From assembly GCA_001179505.1 (NCBI GenBank), contig CDMY01000371.1, positions 1 through 64,000 of the forward strand: 64,000 nucleotides of DNA. The letters are read 5' to 3'. The notes below the pieces were generated by a model, which did no database searches, was not told the DNA's origin, and was given only the letters and a program-made list of their open reading frames with translations. Both the position numbers and the translations under genes were made by a program. The stretch is from Vitrella brassicaformis CCMP3155 (Eukaryota; Protista; Chromerida). Below are positions 47,969 through 61,044 of this stretch, piece by piece; the first letter of the stretch is position 1; each line of letters opens with the position of its first letter.

Positions 47969-50900
47969 TCATACCATTCGAACCGTGGGGCCGAATGCTG
48001 GTCCTGCCATCCCCTGGTCTTCCTCTCTTTGTGCGCGCGTGACGCCCATGGCCTGGAGGACGCTGACGCCCAAATCACCCAGGATGGAGTTTGGGGGGGC
48101 AGCAGCTGCTGGTGGTTGGTCGGCCTCATGGATGTTGCGGGACCGCTCGGCTGCTGTCATATGGCCAGTGACAAGCACTTGAGGTACCTGACAAACACGG
48201 TTAGCTGCGGTGAGTAAGGGACACAGCCATGTCTACTCACCTGCGGCGGGTGTTTGTCGAGGTGGTCCTTGGACCAGAAGACGACAGCAGAGTCGCCCTG
48301 GAACTGTGTCTTCATAATGTGGGGCTCAGTCTTGACCAGCGCCTCCGCCACCTGTTGTGTGTAGATAGCGCACATGCACAGCAGATGCTGTCTGAGTGAG
48401 GTGTGTCGCGTGCAAGTGTGTGCGCGGGGATGGATGTGCTTGTGTCAGCCAGCCACCTGCCGCACGACACTGCTCGTGAGGTAATACCTGGAGGGAGGGA
48501 GGGAGGGAGGGAAGGCAAACAACACAGCACCCGCGACTGCTCGCCTGCCCCCATGTCTGCTTGCTGTGTGTGCTTACTTGTATCTGGGGAGGCGTTTCTG
48601 TGCTTCCCTTTCGAGCACCACCAGTGTGGGGCCGCGGCCCATGCGATTCTGATCACGATGCGACTGAATGAACAACCAACACACACGTGCACAGTCGCTC
48701 ATCATCATATGTAGATTGGTGCTAGATTGATCTGTCGACTGCCTACCTTTTCCTCAATGATGTTTTTGATGGTCTCCCACACCATGTCGCTGCGACGACG
48801 ATTGCTGGCCATCAAGTATAGCTGACACCACACACATTCACAGGTGGAGGGAGACACGTGTGTGCGTGTGTGGTTCACTCACCATGCCTACTACTGACCC
48901 CACGATGGTCCCGCCGAAGGTAAGATAACCGATAAAATGCCAAAACCTGACACACGGTTGCACAGGCCGTATGGCGGACGGCACGGCATACACTTCGTAT
49001 GTGTGTCGCGTCGGTCACCGTACCAGCAGGATAGTCGTCGTTTGGCGGTGGCCGCCCTGTACTTGATGAGCTCGGGGGTCTCCCACAGCCCGTTGTCCTT
49101 CCGAACCATGCCATACCGGGACACTGATCGACCGACAACGAGCACCAAAACCACGCCAAAGACGACCAGGCGGGCAGAAATGGCTGGTTGCTGCATTCAT
49201 TCTGCCGTGTCTTACTGACATTTGGTGTATGCCTGGTCGCTTCTATCGAGGAGGAAATCGTCGAGGGCCACACGCACGCACGTCGATGGGTCGCCCCAGC
49301 TAGAGGCACAGTGAGCCTCCACGAATGCCTGAAGAGAGGAAGGCGACCGACAACAGATACAGCCTCGATGGATGCACCCGATGCATGAGACTGTTCGATT
49401 ATCGACGGTGGTGCGTCAATCACTCATTCATTCACCTTGGCTTCCTTGAGGTTCATTTCGCCCTCCTGCGTGATACCGCACAGGCGGTCCCCCTCGCGAT
49501 ATGCTAACGCATCACCCAACGCCTGACAACAAACACACATACGAACGCATGACAGTCGGCCCCTGACAGAGGTGCCTGAGTGCACTGGAGTGCACTCACT
49601 TGCAGGCCTGTGTGAGCCTTCGATGCAGCCACACGGTCAGCCACACACTGACGGCCCAACTGAACGACAGACAGACGGCCGCCTGCTGCCCTCATTCTTT
49701 GCACCTGCCCTCCCTTGTCGTGCTTCGTATACGGCATTCACCTGCAGGTACTTGGGGTCACACGTAAGCTTGCCGTCGGCACAGGTGCCGTGAGGCGGGC
49801 ATGGTACGCAGCCCGACACATCTGCACTCAATGCATTCCACTCAATGCATTCCAAGTGGATGGACAGTAGTGGTGCCAATATTAATGTGGATATCTCCCC
49901 CTCCCGTGTGTGTGTGTGTGTGTTGCCGCTCACTGTTCTGTCCGTTTGTGTTGCAGAAGGTAATGCTCTGCGCCCAGTAAATAACGGGTATCAGCAGGGC
50001 CATCACACACACCACCCCACCCGCAAACCAACCACGCCTGACCACATATGTACATACGCACGGGAGTCCATGCATGCGTCCGTCCATGAGCCAACAAAGG
50101 ACCGATGGATGGGCACCTGATCCGACATCCGCTCGGCCACCTATGTGTCTTATGCATCGCTTCCTTACTTGTGTTGGTCCTGCACCCTGTCTGTTCGTGC
50201 CACGGCCACGGCAGGCGGTGCTGCAGTGGTCGTGGCGCTCCCTCGTGGCCCGTGTGTTTGGTGACGGTGAGCTGAAGCACGTCGACAAGACGGACTGCCC
50301 CCGCGATGACTGGCGGCCGCGGGACGGGAGCTGACACAGGCCATTGGAACACATGAGTCAATGGATAATGATCGGCCGACATGGACCAACAATGGATACA
50401 AACGGCAGTGCCCGCCTACCGTGGCAGGGGAGGCGGCTCGACCACAGGGAAGTCGACCTCACCTGCAACAGACGCACACACGCACACAAACATACCCACA
50501 CATACACGCACACACACACACACACAACACGTGTGCCGACGGACATGTGCCCCCCGGTCCCCCCCTTGGTTATCTACATCTGTGTGTCCCTCGGTCACTT
50601 GTGCTCACTCACGTCCATCTGGTGTGAGGGTCTTTCTGGCCCCCTTGAGTTTCTTCCTGGGTGGCCGGCCCATCGAGTCCTTTCCCTCGCCGAGCTCCAG
50701 CCCAAGGCCCCCCGAGACCTCATCCCCGCCACCATTCGCACGCCCCTGCCGCCCTGCTGACGACATGGCGGCCCGACCAGGCCTTGCTGGGGGGCCCTCC
50801 TCTTCTTCTTCCACCTCGTGGTACTCGTCCTCGTCTTCATCATCCTCCTCCTCCTCGTGGTAGTCGTTATCATCTGTGGTACGGTGCTTGAATTCATCAG

Positions 50901-51795
50901 GGGCAGGGGTCGGCGGACGCCACTTCCTCCGGCGGCGGCCGTGGCCAGCACCAGGGGGAGGAGTGCCACACACCGACCCTCCCGCTGCTGCTGCGGCGGG
51001 TGGGTGGGCAGCTTCATCCCCCTCATCGAGGTCCTGGTCCTCCTCCGCGTCGGCACCGCGTTGGGATTGCAGCGAGCTGGGCGCGAATGCCACCTCCTTT
51101 GGGGATGCCGACCTGGCGGTGGGACGCTTCACTCGACCCTGAAAGAACCAAGACCACAGCAATAAAGAAAGGAACAGTCACTCACTCACTCATTCACGCA
51201 CACGTGTGGGCATGCGTCCATCTGCCCCACCGCAGCAGCTGTGCGCCTCTCTCTCGGCTTTGACGGTGTCCCTCCCTCATCTTTGACGGCGTCTGTCCGT
51301 TTCCGCCCCTCCGAAGGTGCCTTTCGCTTTCTGCGACGGAGGGCCTTGTCGTCGTCATCCTCATCCTCATCTTCACCGACCTCGTCATCCGCTGATCCTG
51401 ACACATAGATGCATTAGACCAACACCAGGTCTGACTTGCGAATGCATTCATTCCATCATGCAGTCACCTCACCCACCATGTGCGTGGGCGAAGCCAAGCG
51501 ATGATACGCGGCCTCTCCGTTTGGCCGTTGCGTGCGAGGCTCCTGTGGCCGCCTGTGCTGCGGCAGGTGAGTGCCTTGGGGCCGCTGTCTGCCTCCTTTG
51601 CCGGGACAGCGCCGCGGCAGCAGCGGGCTGGCTCCCGGAGGGCCGCTTGCCGAAGCTGGCCTCACATAAGGCTATCAGTTTGCCCTTCCGAGGTGCATCT
51701 GGCAGGTCGATGTCATGGGCGGTGAGGAGCGACTTGAGTTGCTGCACAGTCAGATCCGCATAGTCAACAATGGCATCAAGCGGTGGCGCAGACAT
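47969..51795 (-). CDS. HeH/LEM-like + Man1-Src1 C-terminal (MSC) inner nuclear membrane protein
   Basis: N-terminal DYADLTVQQLKSLLTAHDIDLPDAPRKGKLIALCE (HeH-like), a basic/acidic low-complexity middle, a TM segment (FAGGVVCVMALLIPVIYW), then FCNTNG..CVPCPPHGTCADGKLTCDPKY (MSC Cys pattern) and further TM-like exons. Confidence 0.8.
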
Positions 51796-51986
51796 CGATT
51801 CTTGGACAGATCTGCAGCTGCGAGCTTGAAATCTCCCACTGCGATTGAATTCATCTTGGCGTGTTATTGGACGCAAAAGGTCGGAAGGGCGGGGCCCAGA
51901 GGCGGTCGTTACGTGGAACAAGTCAAAAAAGTGAATGCGGTCCTATGGCATTGATAGATACGACAGACGCTGCCGCCCTAGCACCC

Positions 51987-54159
51987 TCATTCGTCTTCGT
52001 CAAGATCGTCCTCATCAAACTCGATGGCACCGCCGTCTGCCAGCTTCAGCTTTTGGCTCCTCCGCGCCTCCCTCTCCTCACGCTGTCGCTTGTTCTCTAG
52101 CGCCTTCTGAAAGCACATACATACATACATCACTTTCATCCACCCGCACCGCTCCCCAAACGCAACTGCGCACCGCTGAAAGAGGCCGCTCCCTGTGCCT
52201 GAGGAAGGACAGATCCACTCCAGGAAGGCAAGACGCAAGACCCTGAGACAACACACGGGGGAGGACGCATCAATGCAGGCAGGCAAGCAATCAGTGATCA
52301 GGACAGCAGTAAGTGAGTGGCTGGATAGCTGCTCACCACGTCCAGGTCGCCATCGAACAGTCGGACCAGATTCCAGAAAACCTGCGTGCGACACACGGGA
52401 GAGTGGGCACTGATGGTGTCGTGTCGGGTGGTCATCTTTCAAGTACGTGCCCACACGCCCGCCCACAAGTTCGGACCAGCGGGTTGCACTGCGCCATGTC
52501 GACTGGGCGAATGTTTCGCCTGACATGTTGAAGTGTCCACAGAAACACAGCAACGCAGAGAGCCATGTGAGCCGCATGTGTGTGTCAGCTGTTGGGAATC
52601 GCTTGGCGGTGGACCTTTGCTCATCCTCGCCGGAGTCCCACACGGCCTTGAGCACTGACCCAATCAGGACCTTGGGAAACGCTGCAAGGACAGCGCAAAT
52701 CTCCACTTGCTGTTTCTGGACATGCTGTGGGCGACGTACCAGTGTACGTTTCTCGTGTCTGCTTTCCGTCGTTGTCGAATGTCACGGTGAACTTCTGCAC
52801 GGCCGCCCCAGCAGCAGCAGGTTGCATCTGCGGCAACATCCAGTCACAGGCACAGCAGGAACGTCGCCGCACGTCCAATCAGCATGTCAGCTGGCTAGAG
52901 GTGGTGTATACCTCCAGCTGGTACGTTCGGCCCATGACAGCCTTGTAGCGCTGCTCGCCAAGAAGCTGATCTGTCAACCAGCAAGCCACCGGAACCCATC
53001 ACATGCACAGGCACCATCGCGCCACCCAGAGCGCTCCCGTGTACCATATCGCCGGTTGAGAGCATTCTTGAAGACGCCTCGGAGCTCGCGGTCCGTCGCG
53101 TTGAGCTGTCCGCTATTCTTAGTCTGGGAACGGGAAAGAGAGAGACAAGGAAGAGAGAACGGGGGGGGGGGGNNNNNNNNNNNNNNNNNNNNNNNNNNNN
53201 NNNNNNNNNNNNNNNNNNNNNNNNNNNNNNNNNNNNNNNNNNNNNNNNNNNNNNNNNNNNNNNNNNNNNNNNNNNNNNNNNNNNNNNNNNNNNNNNNNNN
53301 NNNNNNNNNNNNNNNNNNNNNNNNNNNNNNNNNNNNNNNNNNNNNNNNNNNNNNNNNNNNNNNNNNNNNNNNNNNNNNNNNNNNNNNNNNNNNNNNNNNN
53401 NNNNNNNNNNNNNNNNNNNNNNNNNNNNNNNNNNNNNNNNNNNNNNNNNNNNNNNNNNNNNNNNNNNNNNNNGGGGGGGGGGGGGGACAGTGGGTGCAGA
53501 GATGGGGCGGGTCGTCTATCCAGCAACCCCACTCAGCCTACCATCGAGGTGAGGAGTTTCTCCGCCCAATCTGCACCACTCTGGCCCGGATCATCCTGCC
53601 GTGCACCCGCTTGGACTCTCCCTCCACCTCGGCTCTTGCCAGCCGATGGCAGCGTCCTCACGTTGGACGAAGTAGCGCCTTTGCTCGCCCGCATTGTCTT
53701 CGGCGGCTGGGCGGTCGACATTGCCTGTTGACCCTCTGATGTTTTGAGATAACATCACACCACTCTTCACGAAGACAAGTGTGGTTGCGAAGGCTGTCTC
53801 ACTGAGGTCATTCTTCTGGACGAGAAGCGTGTCATTGTCCACAAATAGGTTCTTGAGCGGCTCTCCCTCCGGATCCTCCATGGCCTTGGGCGGAAAACCC
53901 TGGAGTACTGCACCAGCCATATGCAGGAACACGACGGTTGTGTCATCAAGTTGGTTGCGTGGCGTGCTGCAACCCACTCGTGAAGGCTCCTTTCTCCATC
54001 CCCGTTGCTTTGCACACTACACATACATACATCAAGAACACATACCCAGATCAGATCTCATCCATCCGCACTACCTTCATCTTGCAGTGTGTCGAAACCC
54101 GCCTCCTGATCAACGATCACATCCACTGTCCCAGAGGGACTCTTCAACCGGAGCTTCAT
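51987..54159 (-). CDS. Hypothetical protein with an N-terminal UBX/ubiquitin-like domain; spans the assembly gap
   Basis: MKLRLKSPSGTVDVIVDQEAGFDTLQDE...LQGFPPKAMED...LFVDNDTLLVQK (GFPP, UBX-like). After the gap: DRELRGVFKNALNRRY, KFTVTFDNDG, NIRPVDMAQCNP, VFWNLVRLFDGD, LPGVDLSFL and KALENKRQREE...DEDE*. Linkage across the gap is inferred. Confidence 0.55.
53173..53472. other. Assembly gap (300 N) flanked by poly-G on both sides
   Basis: Run of N between G tracts. Confidence 1.
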
Positions 54160-54860
54160 CCTTCTCCCTCTCACTTTGTCCGTTTCACGGGCAGAATGAC
54201 ACAAACTAAGAATCGATATGGCGAGCTTTAGCGGAGCTCGCGGCGAGGAACTTGTGTCTTCCCCCCCCCTTGATGGATGCAGACGAGAGCTTAACGCGTC
54301 TCTGTCTCTCGCTACGTGTCTCTATTGCCAAACAGCATATACCTTTACGTGCGCATGATGCTATTCACGTCGAAAAACTGTGCGGCACACGCCCAGATCA
54401 GAGAAAGAAGGAAAGAAAGAAGTACAAAGGACTACACGCAGATCTTGGATATTGTGGTACAATGAATATCAGTTTCGATTGAGACATGGAAATTTTCAAT
54501 TGACACCACCTCACCCACAACAACCACACACTTTCATGTCTCTTGTCTCAATTCTCAGCACGCACCGGGTCGACACACATAACTCCTGTCAGATCCCGAC
54601 AGATCCCGACACTGTGTGGCGGTGAGAGTGCTCCGCTGAGACTCGTCAATAAGCTGGTTCATCTTGATAATAATCTGGTCGATGCCCATTGCACTTCTGA
54701 GCGTTGCTCCTCTCTCTCTCTTTCGTTTGCGTGTCCTGCAGGCTGTGATTTGCCAGAATATTAGCTGCAGATTTCCATTGTAGAGAAGATGTGTGTTAGG
54801 CAGCTCGAGCCCAAGTGGAAATCCTCGAGGTAAGAGGAAGACACTATCTCGCTTCCACAG

Positions 54861-54917
54861 ACAAGAATTCAGACACGAGAATTCAGACACAAGAATTCAG
54901 ACACAAGAATTCAGACA
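54861..54917 (+). repeat. 14-bp tandem repeat, about 4 copies (aagaattcagacac)
   Basis: acaagaattcagacacgagaattcagacacaagaattcagacacaagaattcagaca. Confidence 0.9.
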
Positions 54918-57872
54918 AAAAGGAGCCTGCTACATATATCATGTCAGGAATGGCCACAATGAGGACTCGTACACGGTCGCGGGCTCCGTGAAGGAGAAGA
55001 AGACGGTATGTAGGAAGCAGTGAGGCCACCTCACGTCCACTCCCTATGGCTGTCTTTGCCTTCCTTCTTCTTCGCATGGTGAACGCGAACTTCTACCGTT
55101 CGGCCAACCAGAGAGAGGCACTCGGGAACTGCGGCAACGCTGTCCAAGACGCTGGCGACTGCCCAAGACGCGCTACGGGGACCCCGACAAAAGGTGATTC
55201 TCATTCGCATCATCCGCTGTGTTGGGCATGATCCGGTGTCTCCCGCATGTTCCACAGGGTGAGCGCTGCGGCAAGAGCGGTCGGTGGTTCAGAAAGAAGG
55301 ACTAAAGGGTTTAAGCTGCCGGCTCAGGTGGCAGGGAAGGGATGTCAGGACGTGCATTTACACCGTGCAGGGGATTTAGAGTATCCTTTTCGGACGAAGG
55401 GATCCCTGCTCAAGGCCCTTCGTGCTACCAAGGCCCCCTAGTGCACGAAACATTCTCAAAGGTGTTGAGGGCTTCAACTGGTTGCGGAGCGAGTTGCATG
55501 CAGTAGTCGTCTTAACTGCTGGTTTCTCCATCATCTTGATTTACTTATGAAACATCTTGCCTGCACATGTATCGACTCCAGGCACATCATGGTGCCGCAC
55601 TCGATCTCAACGCGCACGGTCTGTCTCGCCGTCATTTTTCCTGCCCGGCACAATCTTCTTCATTTTCCTGCCTGGTTACACTCGCTCTGCATTGATTGAC
55701 ATACAAATTGACGCCATGATTGACATACAGATTGAAGAGGAGGATGGGCAAGACGAGATTGCGCCGCTTGCAGTTTTCTGCAGAGATTTTCTCGCTGGAA
55801 GGAAACAGCGGCGCTGGTTAGTTTCGAAACACCGAGACTCTTTCTCACCATCGATCGTTCGGATACTTTTTTTCCATCGCTGACTTTCTTCATAATCCTT
55901 TTCTTTTTACTCTTTTCTTTTCTTTTCTACGCTATCTCTCTCTCTCCTCCAAACGGTCTCCTACAGCCAAAGGCTGCTCGAATTGCCATTCCTCGTGGAA
56001 GATTTCTGGCTTATATGACATATGTGCGCACGTCATTTTTGGACAGTTACAAGTTGCTGAAACAAGCTGAAGTACCAGGCAAGAAAGGGTGAATCCGGGA
56101 CAAACAAGCATCTCGGAGATCCATCTCGCAAAATCCTAAACAAAGCTACCAGATTGATAAAGCCGTAGATCTTTCGAAAACAGCTTTCGCTGACAATGAG
56201 CGCCCCAAAGATGACACTTCCTATCACCGGTTCATTTCTCTTCGACAGACTTTGGTCAAGAATTCGTCTTGATTGAGACGAAAAGCAAGCATTCATACAG
56301 GTTGTCTCTCGCTGCTTTTTGCATGTATGTTCGTCATGTCTGATTCGAGCGTGTGTGGCTTCTAATTTCAGCATCTGGCGAAATTGAGCGCTCTATCATG
56401 TCTCATGATTAATTGATCCATTGGTGCATTAAATGACTCTCAAGTATCTGATTCATCGACCGAAGCTTGTCGACCACCGTTGGATCGCGCGCTGACCGCT
56501 TGACTGGAGGCCTGAACAGGTAATCGTTGGTCTGTCTGTCTGCCAGGTCGTCGTTTCAATCGTTGGTCTACAGGGACCAGAGGCCACGAAAAACAAGAAT
56601 GCACCTTGCAGCTAGCTTAAGTGCGACTCACAATGGCGGCGCCAACTTTCTTCTCTCCTCTGAGCTCACTATTGCGGAGTGTCCAGCAAGCTAGCGGGCT
56701 GGGGAAAACAGCACCTCTACCTTTCACTTTGGCCAAGATACTTTGCCGAGAACTCCTAAGAACCACGGTTCTAGTCTGGGTGACAACCTCTTCAGGGGGA
56801 GAGAAATGAGATGCATCAACCCTGCCACGTTCTTGACGTGTGCAAACAAAAACGAAGACGAACTTTCCTACACTTCATGCTACATTTGTCGGAGCCACGA
56901 TGCAACGCTGACGACGTGAAGCGTGAAGAGGGACGGGCACAATCCGCGGAGTGATCAAAGGCAACGTCAACGATTTCAGTACTGATTGCGTTTATGTTTT
57001 CAATTGGAATTGGTCCCTGCTGTTTAATTCAGGTCACAAGTGAATACGCCCTGCGTCGAAACAGTTATTGACACAAATGCATGGAAGTGTCAACGTAATC
57101 GAGAAGAACGTGCGATTGTCACATCGGATCACATCGGATAAACACCCAGGCGAATCTACCCAAGCCGCATGACATCCGAGAGAGGTTGACCCGAATCCGC
57201 GGGAGTGCTCTTCGTGTACCTGAAAAAGCCGGGGGGCACAAGACAGCAACCAGAAACGGTGCAAGCTGCCATCCAAGACTTACTTTTCCATGAGCTGAGC
57301 CATTTTCTGTTTGTGCTCAAGTGACGGTTCTTTTCTGTCTGCAATACGGTCGGAAAAAACAATGAGCGATCGGCCTCTTCGTTTGACTTCATTGCCAATC
57401 GAGCATACCCTCTTGTTCGGGAGATGGGCTGCGCCTTTTATCCTCGTCCCTGGGCTGTCGATTTGGGCTTGGTGAACTGTTCTCAAGAAGTGCACAACAG
57501 ACACATTGCAAGAATCCGTTTGATCGTCTGTGTCTTTCGGCAGGAAGAAAAGTGTACCGGGACTTCTTGCGAGTCGACTGGAGGATTTTTGCGGAGAGGG
57601 CAGACTTGTAGGATGTCGGCCGTCTGCACGAAATCGATGGAAATGACCGTAGAGCATAGACAGCAAAGGGAGACAGATAAGAAAACAGTTCAACCGCCCT
57701 CAATATACTTGATTCTCTTCACCTGGCGTAGTCCTTCCCGCTCGCAAGTGCCTTGTTTCGTTCACGTTTCCGAAACTCTTCCATCAACTCCTCGTTTGTC
57801 TGAAAGGCAGCATGTCAGTTGCCAGGCCTAGTGGTGTGAATAACTGGACGCGGTATCCCTTCTACCGCCCTT

Positions 57873-60545
57873 TTATACCTTTGGGCGGTCACGGTCCGAT
57901 CTCTCTCGGTCTTTTTCGTCCCAGTCGCGCCAGTCTCGTTTCGATCCTCTGTCCCTGTCCCTACTGCGGCTCCTTTCTCTCTTCACTCGCCGATATTCCG
58001 GCTCTCCCGAACCACTGCGGCTGCGGGCATGGTGGTCACGTCTGATTTCACGCAATGGTCGGACTTCTGTGCATGTAGGGAGAACAATGCATTTGTCGAA
58101 CCTTCGTCGATCGCGTTCCACGTGTCTGCCGCGGCCATCGTCAAACTCCTCCGAAGGGGACCTGAGCGGCAGGCGTGGGTAATATATGCCTTTGTTTGTC
58201 CAATACTGTTGCCACACCTTCGTCGTCGACTCGCGTCTTCGCGGCGACGCCTTTCCCCGTCTCTCTCTTTCCTCTTCTCGTGATGGTCACTACAAGTTAC
58301 AAAGTCAGCTTGATGCATTCTATAAAAACAGAAAAGAAATTCGAAGCTTGCCTCTCCTGCTTGCGCCGGTCCTGCCTGTCTTCTGACTTCGATGCACTGC
58401 GTGACCGCGAGTACCGGACATCGTACTTCCTGTCCTTGAGATTCCCCCGCTCGTCGTTACGTCTCCCATCGTCTTCTCTTGGTGCACTTTCATCAATTTC
58501 GGCATCAGCAGGACCATTGTCTCCCAAAGCGTCTTCCTCCTCGTCTCTACAAAACACGTTGGAGGGGACGACTCATACTTGCAAAATCTCCTGTTCGGAC
58601 AGAAGGCCTTACGTTCGCAAGATGACGAGCCCGAGATCGATTGTCTCCTCCGAACCATCTTCCAGCGCAACTAGACAGGATAGGCGGCCAGCATTCTTGT
58701 CAATCACCCTCACGACTGCCCCTTCCAGCCAGTCCCCGCTGCAAAATAGCGCAGCCACATTGCCTTTTCCCTTTTTTTTAAAAAGGGAGCAAATTGCTGA
58801 TATCTTCTCACTTGGAGCAGGCATCCACCTTCGTTCCCGGCACAAATTCTTCGATTCTCTGCTTGTTGGACTTCTTCCGCTTCCGGTGCTCATCCATCGC
58901 GATTAGCTGTCAAGAAACAAAACATGAGAGGACGTCATGCGAAAGGGCCTTAGTAGTAACAATCGTCAAAAACCTGTGCGCCATATTGCGTCTTGATCTT
59001 CACAGGCAGCCTCGGCAGGACTGCACCAACAACGATTCCGAGACGTGAAAAGCGTCTCTGGTTGTACGTCTCCGTGTACCTGTGGAGCTGTGTGAGCCGT
59101 ACTTGTCCTCGGTAATCAGGCTCTCAACAAACTGCCCCATCTCCCTGAGGCAGTTGAGAAGAAAGCGACCGTGGACCGAAGAATTTGTTTCTTCGTATTT
59201 TCCAGGTCCGTACATCTTTTTGTTTTTGTCAGTGCCTGGAGCGAACTCTTCGTCGTCCAAGAAGTACGGCTCGTACCACTTCCACAGCTTCTGAGGATCC
59301 AGAATGTATCGCAGGTACAAGAACCCACAAGCGCGGATGTACGGCGAGTCTTGATGATCCAGAAGGCTCTTGACCTGTTGTTCACGAGACGCACCGTTGT
59401 AGAGTTCACGAGAATCCCAGTGCTCACCTGTTTTTCCGTAAGCCGCATCGTAAAGAACTTGTACAAACAGCAGAAGAGCGTGGATGGCGCCCGAGAGTTG
59501 CCCGCACAGTAAGGGTCTGAGGCAATGTAGGCGCCACAGATGGCATCAACGCACGGGAGAAAGACGTCAGTTGTTACCTGCGTGATCTGCATATTGGTAG
59601 ATCTGAGACATATGGTAACGAAAGGAGATGTGCAGAAACACGTGTCATGTGTTCTCTGACCGGCCACTCACCTCGTCCACGACTTCATGAAACTGCTTGA
59701 GAGCGAATAGGCTCTTGTAGTACTCGGAACTGAGGATGTTCTCGCGCAGCAGGGTGTTCAAATTGAACGTGGTTGGATTTGTCCTGACACAGCCGGAATG
59801 AAACAACGAAATGGCTGCTAGTATGCACACGAAGTCGTTCGTGCGACGTACATTTCAACCATGTTTGGCTTTTCCAGCGAGTCGGACTGAGCCTCCTGCT
59901 GACGCTGCACCCTGCCAAGCTGGTGCTGATGGTGCACAACAACCAAAGAAACTCGGTGCCTCTTTCCTCATGTCATGTAACCGCTTACCACAGCAGTTTT
60001 GTACTTTCGACAGAATTTGCACGACAGCTGCGGCTTCGTGTGCAGATGGCACCTCAGAATCTCAGGCTCTTCCTGTAGGTAACCAGTCGATTGCTGCGCA
60101 CCCATGGCACTGCCTGCACTTCCTATACCCATCGCGCCAACAGCATCAACCATGGGAGCGTATGCCGCCCCCTGAGTCGCGACGGGAGCTGTCTCTTGCT
60201 GTGCTGGCGGAAGCTGGCTTGCCGTAGGGACGCTTGGGCCAGAGTTCTCGTTCGGAGCCGCGTCGTATGGTGACTCACCCCATGCAGCTGCGCAGCACAT
60301 AGTCAATAGACAAAGGATGACAAGAGTCTGCTAAAGCTCTTTCCTCACTTACCCGCGTTATACACCCCAAATGCTTGCTGCTGTGAAGACGTGACTGCAG
60401 GAGCGACACTAGCCTCCACAGGCTGCTGACCGCTTGCAGGAACAGGTTGGGCGCCGGTTGCAGCCTGTTGTTGCTGAAGCGGTGCTTGCATCGACATGTA
60501 TGCTTGTTGAATGGGGAAGGGGTAAGGCCACGGCCACGGCAGCAT
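57873..60545 (-). CDS. PRP38: Pre-mRNA splicing factor PRP38 family protein (PRPF38B-like) with an RS/RD-rich tail
   Basis: TFNLNTLLRENILSSEYYKSL, PSTLFCCLYKFFTMRLT, LLDHQDSPYIRACGFLYLRY, LWKWYEPYFLDDEE, LITEDKY and TVLPRLP are the PRP38 domain motifs. The C-terminus has RSRSRS and RDRDR repeats. Confidence 0.93.
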
Positions 60546-61044
60546 CTTTGCTATTGCTTCACTCACAGGGTGTAGATGTTTCAGCCTAGAATGTGAAACA
60601 AGAAACCGCATTCGGTGGAACGGCTGCGCGTTTGGCCACCATGATGCTAGCGCTCAGTTACGACTAAGATAACGAGTTCTCTGCGAGCTGCATCTGCAGC
60701 TAAGCTCGCATGAGAAGGAGGATCGGATCGCAGAATATCCACAGAGCGTGCACCGCTGGTCTCTTCAAGACTGTCTTTGGCAGTGGGAATGGACGTCGAC
60801 AATTGGTATCTCTCCGAGACGGTCTCAGGCTTTGCAAACAACTTACTGGTGAGCAAATGAGGTGTGAAAGCGTCCGGATATTTGGATCTGCGCCATCCGT
60901 TTCCTCCTTCTATCAGACATTCGAGATAGTGAGCGTGCCAAAGCCCATTCCACGACGCTGGGTCGAGGATGCGCCAAGTAGGGAAGTCATGCTAACGCTG
61001 CTGCTGCGCACTGTATTATCCGTGTGTACGATTGCTCCTCCTAG

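Noticed and set aside
53161-53487. Poly-G tracts considered as a G-quadruplex or regulatory element
   Set aside because: They flank an assembly gap, so their true length and structure are unknown.
54861-54917. 14-bp tandem repeat considered as a CRISPR-like array
   Set aside because: The units are contiguous with no spacers, no cas genes are present, and the context is eukaryotic.
57034-57703. Minus-strand fragments faintly resembling RT (GWQLAPF, LLDYVD) or a helicase motif (RGRSLIVFSDR)
   Set aside because: The matches are short, lie in different frames, are broken by stops and lack the rest of either domain. Not supportable without a profile search.
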